Part shown: positions 1 to 11,100 of the stretch, piece by piece
Layout of the letters: every line of letters begins with the position of its first letter
How positions within the stretch are numbered: position 1 is the stretch's first letter
Virus record (IMG/VR): IMGVR_UViG_3300046167_000801
Strand: one strand, 5' to 3'
DNA from: a virus
Taxonomy: Duplodnaviria; Caudoviricetes
DNA length: 64,000 bases
Position numbers and translations under genes: made by a program
The notes under the pieces: model-generated
Databases searched by the model: none
Told to the model about the DNA's origin: nothing
The model's input: only the letters and a program-made list of their open reading frames with translations

Positions 1-1
1 T

Positions 2-715
2 AGGAAGGTATGGGTACCACCAGCACCATCTGATGCAGGGTCCTCTATAGGTTCTGTAATTAATTATTATATTAACAACGGGACAAATGTTGAGATACCC
101 AATACCCCGTTTTTGGGTCCATCGTACACCGTAAATTCAAAATCCAAGAAACAGTTGGGTGATAGGAAGACCATGTATCTTAGTAATAAAAATTTATATA
201 GAATAGTTGCCAAACAAATAAGAAAGGGTAAAGTCGTCGGTTGGTTTAGGAATGAAATAGAATTTGGTGCAAGAGCATTGGGGAATAGATCAATTTTAGC
301 CGACCCTACAAACCCTAAAATGAAGGATAGAATAAATAAAATGGTAAAAAGGAGGGAAGGATTTAGACCTTTTGCACCTATGGTAACTAAAGAAAGACAA
401 CATGAATATTTTATAATGAATGACGATTTGAGATATATGAATCAAGTTGTTGAGGTTCGTGACCGATATAGGGATGTTCTTGTCTCCACAACCCATGTTG
501 ACGGTACCGCACGAGTACAAACAGTTTATCATGATAATGACATACATAATCTTTTAAGGGAATTCGAGTTTTTAACGTCACACCCTGTACTGTTAAACAC
601 ATCATTCAACATTAAAGATAAGACAATGGTCTTAACCCCTAAAGACGCATTAGATACTTTTGACTCAACAGACATTGATGTATTAGTCTTAAATAATATC
701 GTAATTTTTAAATAA
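2..715 (+). CDS. Carbamoyltransferase, NodU/CmcH family, C-terminal part (5'-truncated by the window edge)
   Basis: Frame is open from position 2 (RKVWVPPAPSDAGSSIG). Motifs VVGWF..EFGARALGNRSILADP, KRREGFRPFAP, THVDGTARVQTV, VLLNTSFN. The track start at 113 is an internal TTG. Confidence 0.92.
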   Translation, partial: RKVWVPPAPSDAGSSIGSVINYYINNGTNVEIPNTPFLGPSYTVNSKSKKQLGDRKTMYLSNKNLYRIVAKQIRKGKVVGWFRNEIEFGARALGNRSILADPTNPKMKDRINKMVKRREGFRPFAPMVTKERQHEYFIMNDDLRYMNQVVEVRDRYRDVLVSTTHVDGTARVQTVYHDNDIHNLLREFEFLTSHPVLLNTSFNIKDKTMVLTPKDALDTFDSTDIDVLVLNNIVIFK

Positions 716-834
716 TGTTTAGAAAAATAATTAGATGGTTTAAGGACCGAAAAGAAAAGAAAAAAAGAGAGTTAAGATATAAGGAAAAAATAGAGAGGTT
801 AAAAAAACAAGACCCATTTACCTATAAGCATTAG
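715..834 (+). CDS. Small basic phage protein (39 aa, ends KKQDPFTYKH)
   Basis: Read by hand. TAATG overlap with the upstream stop and fills the gap exactly. Confidence 0.6.
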   Translation: MFRKIIRWFKDRKEKKKRELRYKEKIERLKKQDPFTYKH

Positions 835-835
835 T

Positions 836-2104
836 ATGAAAGTAATTCACACATACATAGACAAACAAAACTTAATATGGAAAGAGTTATTATACACTCA
901 ATATTTAAGTGCCATTTTAGCCAAAAAACATTATGGAAGTATAAGTTTCTACGGTGATGAAATTTCATGTAAACAAATAAAAGATATTGGCATACCTTAC
1001 GATGAGATAAATCATGACATACTCGTCAAAGGAGATACGGACACGTGGAGTATTCCAAAAATAAAGGTATATGAATCAATAAAAGAACCTTTTCTTCATA
1101 TTGATACCGACACATTACTCTTTAATAAAATATTATTGGATAGATATGATAGTGACTATATTTTTAGTCACAGGGATATGTTTATTGATGGTAAGGGTGA
1201 GACACTCAAGAACCTTTTTATTTATTGGTTTTGTAATTTGGATGAAAAGGAGATGGATCAAAATAAATACCCTTTTAGATCCTTAGTGAAAGACAGTAAC
1301 AATAAGATACCTAAAATAATTTTAGAAAAAACGTCAAAAGATATGGATTACCCCCATGTCGATAGAACTTACAGTAAATTGTTCTTCGATTTGATGGAAA
1401 ATATGAGTGATAAGGTCTTTGATGAAGTTCACTTTGAATCTATACCAAACATGAACATTACGTACGTAAGAAACCATGAAACCTTTGGTAAAGTATGTAG
1501 GGAAACCCTAAATCATTATTATTCAAATAAAAAAAGGATAGACGATGAGGTTTACGGTTCTTGTTATATAGAACAACTAATGTTACACACAAATTTAAGA
1601 TTGCATGATAAAAAATATAAAAAATCAAGTAAGAAAGGGAACAATTTCGTATTTGATGATATACCCTTATCAATCGTAGACGCTCACAATAACGTACCTG
1701 ATATTAATAGTGTAAAGTTTCCATTTAAACTAAAAGTAAACAATAATGATCATTTTAAATTTGATTGTTGCGACCGCGTGATAATATCCCCTCTATCTAA
1801 AACCAAAAAAAAACCTGATGACTCCTATGAATTAATTATTAATGATATTGATGACATTAAAAATTATTTTGATCATGAGTTTAATGGTTTTTTTCATACC
1901 ACATATATGAAATGGTATGATATTATACAAGTTATCATAATTGACAAACTAAGAAAGGAGATCGGAGATGACGAGATAAGGAGAATACATGACTATTTTA
2001 GAAAACATTACCCTTCAAGAGGATTACCAACTACTTCCAACGGAGAAAGACTCTACACAAGACTTACCGGGTTTAAATTTCATGGAACCACATCATTAAT
2101 TTAG
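836..2104 (+). CDS. Nucleotide-diphospho-sugar transferase-like protein (DUF6734-like, GT-A fold)
   Basis: N-terminal SAILAKKHYG..FYGD, WSIPKIKVY..IKEPFLHIDTD (DxD motif), later IPNMNI and CYIEQ motifs. Confidence 0.6.
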   Translation: MKVIHTYIDKQNLIWKELLYTQYLSAILAKKHYGSISFYGDEISCKQIKDIGIPYDEINHDILVKGDTDTWSIPKIKVYESIKEPFLHIDTDTLLFNKILLDRYDSDYIFSHRDMFIDGKGETLKNLFIYWFCNLDEKEMDQNKYPFRSLVKDSNNKIPKIILEKTSKDMDYPHVDRTYSKLFFDLMENMSDKVFDEVHFESIPNMNITYVRNHETFGKVCRETLNHYYSNKKRIDDEVYGSCYIEQLMLHTNLRLHDKKYKKSSKKGNNFVFDDIPLSIVDAHNNVPDINSVKFPFKLKVNNNDHFKFDCCDRVIISPLSKTKKKPDDSYELIINDIDDIKNYFDHEFNGFFHTTYMKWYDIIQVIIIDKLRKEIGDDEIRRIHDYFRKHYPSRGLPTTSNGERLYTRLTGFKFHGTTSLI

Positions 2105-2195
2105 AAAAAATATATTTAGTCCTTATAAATCTCATCAAAACCAAATTACTATTGAATTATAAAGTATTTATCTAATAAGAAAAACGTTTTTATAG

Positions 2196-5100
2196 ATGAA
2201 TATATTTGATCCACACATTACAGGATCCCTATCCGTTTCCGCATCTGCAGAAATACAAGGGGATTTAACAGTACAAGGAACTATCTATGGTACTGCACAG
2301 ATTGACGGAAGTGTTGATAATGCAATAAGTGCATCACACGCCGCCTCCTACTTACTCACATCAAGTTTTAATGATTATAAAAATACCGCAGCTACTACTG
2401 GAAGTAATATATTCATTGGGGATCAAACAATTAGTGGATCGTTGTTACCTCAAGGAACACTTACTCATGATTTGGGTAGCGACACTAAAAGATGGAATGA
2501 TATATATTTAGCGGGAAGTACTATCGATTTGGGTGGTACAAAAATAACTAAGAATAGTGATGGTGATGTACAACTTCACGATAGTGGTAATACTTTAAAA
2601 AGATTAATTGCATCTGAAATTGAGTTAGGTCACGGATCGAACAAGAAAGTTCTTAAAGTAAATAATGGTCGTTTAAAGTTAATGGCCACTAACGACAGTG
2701 ATGAAGAGTTAGCCCAATTATCGGGTTCGTTCACTGGTTCTTTTAGAGGAGATGGTAGTGGTTTAATTAATGTTCCCGCAAGTGGGGTTACGGGTCTAAG
2801 TTTAGATCGGATTGCAAGTACAACAGCAACCGCGTCGATATCCTCAGACAGTTTGATAACTAATGTTTCAATTATACCTAGTATCACAAATACAATTGAT
2901 TTAGGTGCACCCGACAAGGAGTGGAGAGATTTATATCTTTCATCAGGGTCATTATATATAAATGGACAACAAGTACTTTCAACTACAGGTACTGAATTAA
3001 GAGTCACTACAGATAGTGGTGAATCAATAAAAATATTAGAAACGGGTTCTGATACTATCACACTACAAACAGTTGATGGTGATATTACATTAAGTTCTTC
3101 AGGAACGGGTAATATAGAATTAGATGCACCTATACAAATAACGGCGGGTAATAAAATAATATCTTCAGACGGAAACTCAATTGTTTTTGGTAATGGATTG
3201 ATTATTACTGGTAGTATTGGATTAACAGGTACTGTCGATGGGGTTGATGTGGCATCACTAAAAACAGATGTAGACGCTATTTTAGATTCTTCTGAAGCCG
3301 ATAAAGATTCGTTTGCTGAAATCGTAGGATTAATCAATAGCGTTGATACTGCGAATGACCAAGCATTTGCGGCACATTATACCGCAAGTAATAATAGACT
3401 TAGTTCATTAGAAACAACTAGTGGTTCACATGATGGGAGATTAAGTTCATTAGAAACAACGAGTGGTTCACACTCATCTAAATTAAACTCTTTAGAATTA
3501 GCGTCAGGTTCTATAATTGAAAGGTTAGGGGAGATAGAGTTTATTACGGGATCACATGACGGTAGGTTAGATGGATTAGAAACATTTACGGGTAGTGTGG
3601 ATGGTACTATAAGGTCTGACTTTAATAGTTATACCTCATCCAACGACTCAACTAATACAAATCAAAATAGTAGATTAGGTAGTTTAGAAACCAAAAGTGG
3701 TTCTTTAAATACCGATATTAAATCAAAACTAAATACGGAAAATGTTGTTTCAGGTTCTGAGTTTGTTTTAAATTCAACCTCACCAATAACACAATATGTT
3801 GATGTTACCGTAACTGCAAGTGGTGGTGTATATTATATAGATGGTGTAGAACAACAAATTGTCTCATTAGCGAAAGGACTAGTTTATAGGTTTGATGTGT
3901 CAGACTCTTCAAATGCAGGACATCCATTTAGATTCTCAACGACAGATAACAATCAATACACAGATGGTGTAACTGTAAATGGTACTGAAGGTAGATCAGG
4001 GGCATACGTTCAAATTATTGTAAATCAAGACACACCACAAACACTATTATACTATTGTACCAATCATAATGGTATGGGTAATAAAGTTTTCGTCGGTGGA
4101 GCTGGTGACACAGACTCAATTACAGAAGGATCAACTAACCTTTACTATACGGATGCTAGAGTTAAATCCAAATTAAATACGGAAACTGTTATTAGTGGTT
4201 CTGAACAAGTTGATATAACAAATACTACAAATTATAATTTAGTTACCAATAGAATTGGTTCTTTAGAATCATTCACTGCGAGTATTGATGATACATATGC
4301 GAGTGATACTGATGTAACAACTCTTAGGAATGATTTAAATACCTATACATCATCTAATGATTCTACGAATACAAATCAAAATAGTAGATTAGGTAGTTTA
4401 GAAACCAAAAGTGGTTCACACGATGGTAGATTAGATAGTATAGAATCATTCACAAGTAGTATTGATGATACTTACGCAACTGATACTGATGTAACAACTC
4501 TTAGGAATGATTTAAATACCTATACATCATCCAACGATTCAACCAATACATCACAAAATAATAGATTAGGTTCATTAGAAACCAAAACAGGTAGTTTAGA
4601 TAGCGATATAACTGATCTAAGGGGTGATTTAAATACCTACACGTCTTCAAACGAAACAGATAAACAAAACTTAAGTGGTAGGGTAGATTCTTTAGAGACT
4701 AAAACTGGGAGTTTAACAACCGATATAAATACTTTAGATGGTAGGGTTGATTCCATAGAGTCATTTACCGCAAGTATTGATGATACTTATGCTACTGACA
4801 CAGATGTAACTAACCTAACCAACAGAGTTGGTAGTTTAGAAACCAAAAGTGGTTCATTAGAAACTACGAATACTACTCAGAATAATAGATTAGGGTCACT
4901 TGAAACAACTTCAGGTTCTCATGACGGAAGGTTAGATTCATTAGAAACCAAGACAGGTAGTTTAGATACCACCAATACCAATCAAGACGGTAGATTAGAT
5001 TCAATAGAATCATTCACTGCGAGTATTGATGATACATATGCGAGTGATACAGATGTTACTACATTAAGAAATGATTTAAATACTTATACCTCATCTAACA

Positions 5101-8100
5101 ACACAACCAACCAAAACCAAGATATTAGATTAACTAGTTTAGAAACTGAAAGTGGTAGTGTTAGAAGTGATTTTAATACCTACACATCATCTAACGATTC
5201 GACCAATACATCACAAAATAATAGATTAAGTTCTTTAGAAACTAAGACTGGTAGTTTAGATGGTAATATTACAGGTTTAGATGGTAGGTTAGATACAATA
5301 GAAGGTGGTTTAGAATTTACAGGTTCTAACGTAACTATCAAAGGTGATCTTTTAGTTAAGGGAACAGAAACAAGAGTGGATTCAACAACTGTTGAGATCG
5401 GTGATAATATCATATCTTTAAATGGTAGTGGGGCACAAAATGCGGGTATAGAGGTTAGAGACAACACTTCTCCTGATTTATTATCGGGTTCATTATTATG
5501 GGACGGACAAAACAACTATTGGAAGGGTGGTCAAAAAGGATCTGAAGAAAGATTATTAGATAATACCGATTTAACCACTTTAGATAGTAGATTAGATGGT
5601 ATCGAGGCAGAAACAGGAAGTTATCTTACAGACTACAACAATGAATACACAACAGGTGCTACATTTAATAGTGGTAACGGTGTAATTACATTTAAAAGAA
5701 ATGATGGTGACACATTTACTGTTGATATAGACGGTAGATTTTTAGACACAAGGGCACAAGTACATAGTGAATTATATAGTACAAATGGTGACGCTAATGA
5801 TTATACAGAATTTGGTATATATAGAAATTACGCGTCTAACGGACCTATCAGTGGTCACAACACAATATTACATGTATCTCAAACAGACGGTAATTATGGT
5901 TTCCAATTAGGGGGATCAACAATAGTTAATGGTGACGGATTATACTTTAGAAATTTTGCGGGTACTGACTCAATAACGGGATCAACGTGGTATCACATCG
6001 CAACAAGAGATTGGGTTGATGATCAAAATTTCCTAACAGACTATAATGATGAATATACGACAGGTGCCACTTTTAATACTAGTGACGGTGTAATTACATT
6101 CAAAAGAAATGATGGGGATACGTTTACCGTAGACATTGACGGAAGATTCCTAACAAGTTATTCTGAGACAGACACCTTAGATAGTGTAACTACAAGAGGG
6201 AATATTACAACAAACGACATAACTGTTGGTAATATAACTGCAGGACCCACTCTCGAATTGGGGGGTAATTTTAGTATACAAGGTACTGACGGAACTTACT
6301 ACCAAAGAATAAAAACTATTGACACTTCATCAACAAGTGCGAATACTTTTAGTTTTGATGTTAAATTAGGAGCGAGTGCGAATTGGAAATCATTATTAAT
6401 ACTTAACCAAAACGATACCGCTACTTTTTCAGGAGAAGTTATTGCTACTTCATTCACTAAAAGTGGGGGTACATCATCACAATTCTTAAAGGCGGATGGT
6501 AGTGTAGATTCAAATACATATTTAACACAGCACCCACCAATTGCATCACCAGCGTCTTCTAACAATAGTGGAAGAACATATATCCAAGATATACTATTAG
6601 ACGGTAATGGACACGTAACAGGACTAACTACGGCCACTGAAACTGTCGTCAATACAGACACAAATGATATTGACTATGTGAGTTCCGCAACATTCAATAC
6701 GGGTACAGGTGTAATAACAGGTACTGGTGTGGGTAATGCCGGATTTACTGTTGATATTGATGGTAGGTACGTTGAGTTAGGTGGAGGTACGATGACGGGT
6801 GGTTTAATTACAACAAATTTACAAGTTCATGGAGGTTCCTCACAAATAGTTTTAAAAGACACAACGGACGATGACGACCATTCTATATTATTTAGAAATA
6901 ACGCCGACGGTGACGATTACAAGATAACAACCAAAGACTTTACGTCAGCCGCTACGGGAGACGGATTCTACCTTGGTTCAACGGGGGGTGACAACGTTGC
7001 ATTAGTAACAAACAACACAACCGCATTAAATATCGACACTTCTCAGAATTCGGTCTTTTCAGGGAACGTTACTGCATCTTCATTTATTAAAAGTGGGGGT
7101 ACTTCATCTCAATTCTTGAAAGCGGACGGTAGTGTTGATAGTAATACCTATTTAACACAACACCCGAATATATCTGCAGCATCTTCATCTAATAATAGTG
7201 GTCGAACTTACATACAAGACATATTACTTGATAGTAATGGTCATGTTACAGGTTTAACAACTGCAAGTGAGACTGTAACTAATACAGACGAATTTACAAC
7301 AGGTGCAACATTCAATACAGGTAACGGTATTATCACATTCACAAGAAATGACGGAGATACTTATACTGTAGATATTGATGGTAGGTATTTAACGTCATTC
7401 ACAGAAACCGATCCAATATTTACGGCTCATGCCGCTTACAATATCACATCGACTCAAATAACTAATTGGGATACCGCATATGGATGGGGTGACCATGCAG
7501 ATGAAAATTACCTAACACAACACCCTAATGTAAATGCGGCAAGTAGTTCTAACAACAGTGGTAGAACATATATACAAGATATTTTATTAGATGGTAATGG
7601 TCATGTTACAGGTATAACCACATCATCAGAAACTGTGGTCAATACCGATGAATATACGACAGGTTCTACTTTTAATAGTGGTACGGGTATCATTACATTC
7701 ACAAGAAATGATGGTGACACTTATACTGTTGATATATCTGCAACATTATCGGAAGTTACTGTAACGGGTGGTACATATGATGGTTCAAGTCAAACATTAA
7801 CATTGACAAAATCAGATGGCGACACGGTAGATGTTACGGGTTTTGCGTTGGATACTGACGTAAACTACTATCTAACAGGTGCAACATTCAATACAGGTAC
7901 AGGTGTAATCACTTATAAAGTTAAGGGTGCATCCGATGTTACTGTTGATATTGATGGAAGATACTTACCACTTAGTGGGGGTACTATTTCAAGTAATAAC
8001 ACATATACTTTAAAGTTAGAAAACTCAAGTAATGGGTTAGGTACGGGAATTGAATTTAGTGATAACCCAGGGGCTGGTACACAAAGAGCATATATAACAC

Positions 8101-11100
8101 ATTACCATGGTGACGGTTCTAGTTATGGTTCTGGTGCGTCTATAGTGTTATCAACAAATCAACCCACAATGACAATACTTGCCGATGGTAAGTTAATGTA
8201 CAAAGAAGGTATATACTCCAAACCGGCGACAGGTACAGGTGCGGGTACAAGAAAAGATCAAAATTGGGATACCGCTTATGGGTGGGGAGACCACAGTACT
8301 GTTGGATATCTAACTGGTTTTACTGAAACCTATACCGAACATGAGAATATAAGTGCGGCTTCCTCCTCTAATAATAGTGGAAGGACATACATTCAAGATA
8401 TATTAGTTGATAGTAATGGTCATATAACTGGTATCACTACCGCAACAGAAACTGTTACTAATACAGACACAATCGATTATATTAATTCAGCGACATTCAA
8501 TACAGGTACAGGTGTAATAACAGGTACTGGTGTGGGTAACGCAGGATTCACTGTAGATATTGATGGTAGATTTGTAAAATTAGGTGGAGACACCATGACA
8601 GGTACTCTTGACGTACACGTTCCTGATGCAGGTACAATATTAAGTTCAGGTAATTCATCTGCAACAGGTACACCTGACCAATTCTTCATTAAACACGTTA
8701 ATGGTGGTGTTGCAATTGGGAACCTTAGAGGTGATATAAACTTCACAAGCGGTAACTTAAAGAATGACGGTAATCTCATATGGGATGCCGGTGATTTCAC
8801 ATCAACCAACATAAGTAATTGGGACACCGCATATGGATGGGGTGATCACAGCACTGTAGGATACCTAACAGGATATACCGATACAAATGATATCGATTAT
8901 GTTAATTCAGCAACATTTAATACAGGTACAGGTGTCGTAACATTATCGGGTGTTGGAAATGCGGGTGCAACTGTTGACCTTGATGGTAGATACCTATTAG
9001 ATACAACAGACACATTTACGGGAGCACTTACAATTGCCGGTGATATAAGAGGTAATGGTCAACAACTAATATTAAACGCAGGTGAGTCCTACGCATATGC
9101 AACAGGACAGACAAACGAATATGTTTATATCAATGCAGAACAAGGTCTTGAGGTTAATTCAGAAACAGGTAATTGGACAGTAAACGGATGGTCAGATAGA
9201 AAAACAGCATTACTTAGAGGGGATTTACTTAGGTTAGATGGGGAAGACCTCACCAAAACTAATATCCAAAACTTCAAAACCGCATATGGATGGGGTGACC
9301 ATTCCACTGAAGGGTACGTGAAAAATGACGAGTATACAACAGGTGCCACATTTAATAGTGGTAATGGTATAATCACATTTACAAGAAATGATGGTGACAC
9401 ATATACGGTTGATGTAGACAATAGATATCTACAATTGTCGGGAGGATCGTTATCGGGTAATCTTAATATGACAGGTACTAACCCAATGATAAAGTTTGTT
9501 CCGACAGGAACTAATGATGGTGCGGGTATTAGATTTAACTACACCAATAATGATGGTGAAATGGAGTTTTGGACTTCTGATGATTATAGTGAACCATTTG
9601 TTTGGAGAGCATACGATGTAGGTTTAGATGGGACTGGAAACTATCAAGAGTGGATGAAACTCTACCAAAAGAAACTTTATATTGACGGTGAGGAATTAAG
9701 TAAAACAAACATACAGAACTTTAAAACCGCATATGCATGGGGTGACCATTCAATAGCGGGATACTCGGAAGTTGATTATTACACTACAGGTGCCACTTTT
9801 AATAATGGTTCAGGTACCCTTGAATTCACAAGAAATGATGGAAACACTTACAGTGTAAGTTTATCATCGGCCCTAGTAGACGTTACTGTAACGAGTGGTA
9901 CATATAACAGTAGTAATCAGATACTAACCTTAACCAAATCAAACGGAAGTACCGTAGATATTTCAGGGTTTGCGGTTGATACAGATGTTAACTGGTATAC
10001 GACAAGTGCATCATTCAATACGAGTAACGGTATTATAACAGGGACACACCATGGAGGTACATGGACTGTCGATATTGATGGTAGGTATGGTTTAAAATCA
10101 CTTTCAGAAAATAAAACATATACAAGTGGTGGTAATGCTGTTGGTTCCTATTTAGGTGGACACTACTCAGGTGGTGGTACAGAAAAACCAAATTCAGCAA
10201 CGTTTGGATCAGGAAAACTGAAGATAGCGATGCTATCAAACACTAACCTTGGATTCGGGGGATCTTGGAATGATGTACTTTGGATTAGTGCATATAATGG
10301 TAGTGATGTAAAAGGGTCACACGCATTGGTGTTCGACAAGTACAGTACAAATGTTTACGTCTCTGACCAATCATACGACTCGGCGTCATGGGGTACTGGA
10401 TACCAATTATGGCACACCGGACACTTCCAACAAAGCAGTATTAATAATTGGAATACCGCATATGGATGGGGAGACCACTCAGCGGCAGGATATGCATCAG
10501 GTGACTTCCTATTAAAATCTGGTGGAACTATGAGTGGTGCCATTAACATGAACGGTAGTGGTATTGATATGGTTAATGGTTCGATAAGTAATGTTAACCA
10601 TATTACAATTGCAGACCCAGGACCAACAGAAGGTATTGAATGGTTAGGTGGTAATGGGTTTAGAATTGTTGAATCACCAAACGACTTAACAACAAACAGT
10701 GGTGGTAATTTACAATTCGTTAAATCAAGTACAAGAATATTAACTTTAGGATCAAATGGTCAGTCAGAATTTACTGATAAGTTAACTCTAACATCTTCTA
10801 CTTCAGGATCAACAATATTTGATATCCAAGGTACAAGTGGCCAGTTATTCTCAATCACTGATGATTTGACGGGTGATCTATTCGCGGTTTCAGATTCATC
10901 AGGTGTACCAATCCTAAATGTTAATGCGAATGGTGCGGTAACACTCGACCCACTTGGTTCTTTATATGTTGGAAATAATAAAGTAATTAATGGTAGTGGT
11001 AATATTGAGTTTGATGGACCTGTAACCACATCCAACCAAGGTAGAGGTATCTATTGGACAGGTTATGATAAAGAAGGTACCACAGATTTCTCAGATACCG

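Noticed and set aside
3390-5310. CRISPR-like array in repeated DNA (also the 33-bp repeat at 57691)
   Set aside because: The repeats are in-frame coding units without unique constant-length spacers, and no cas genes are present.
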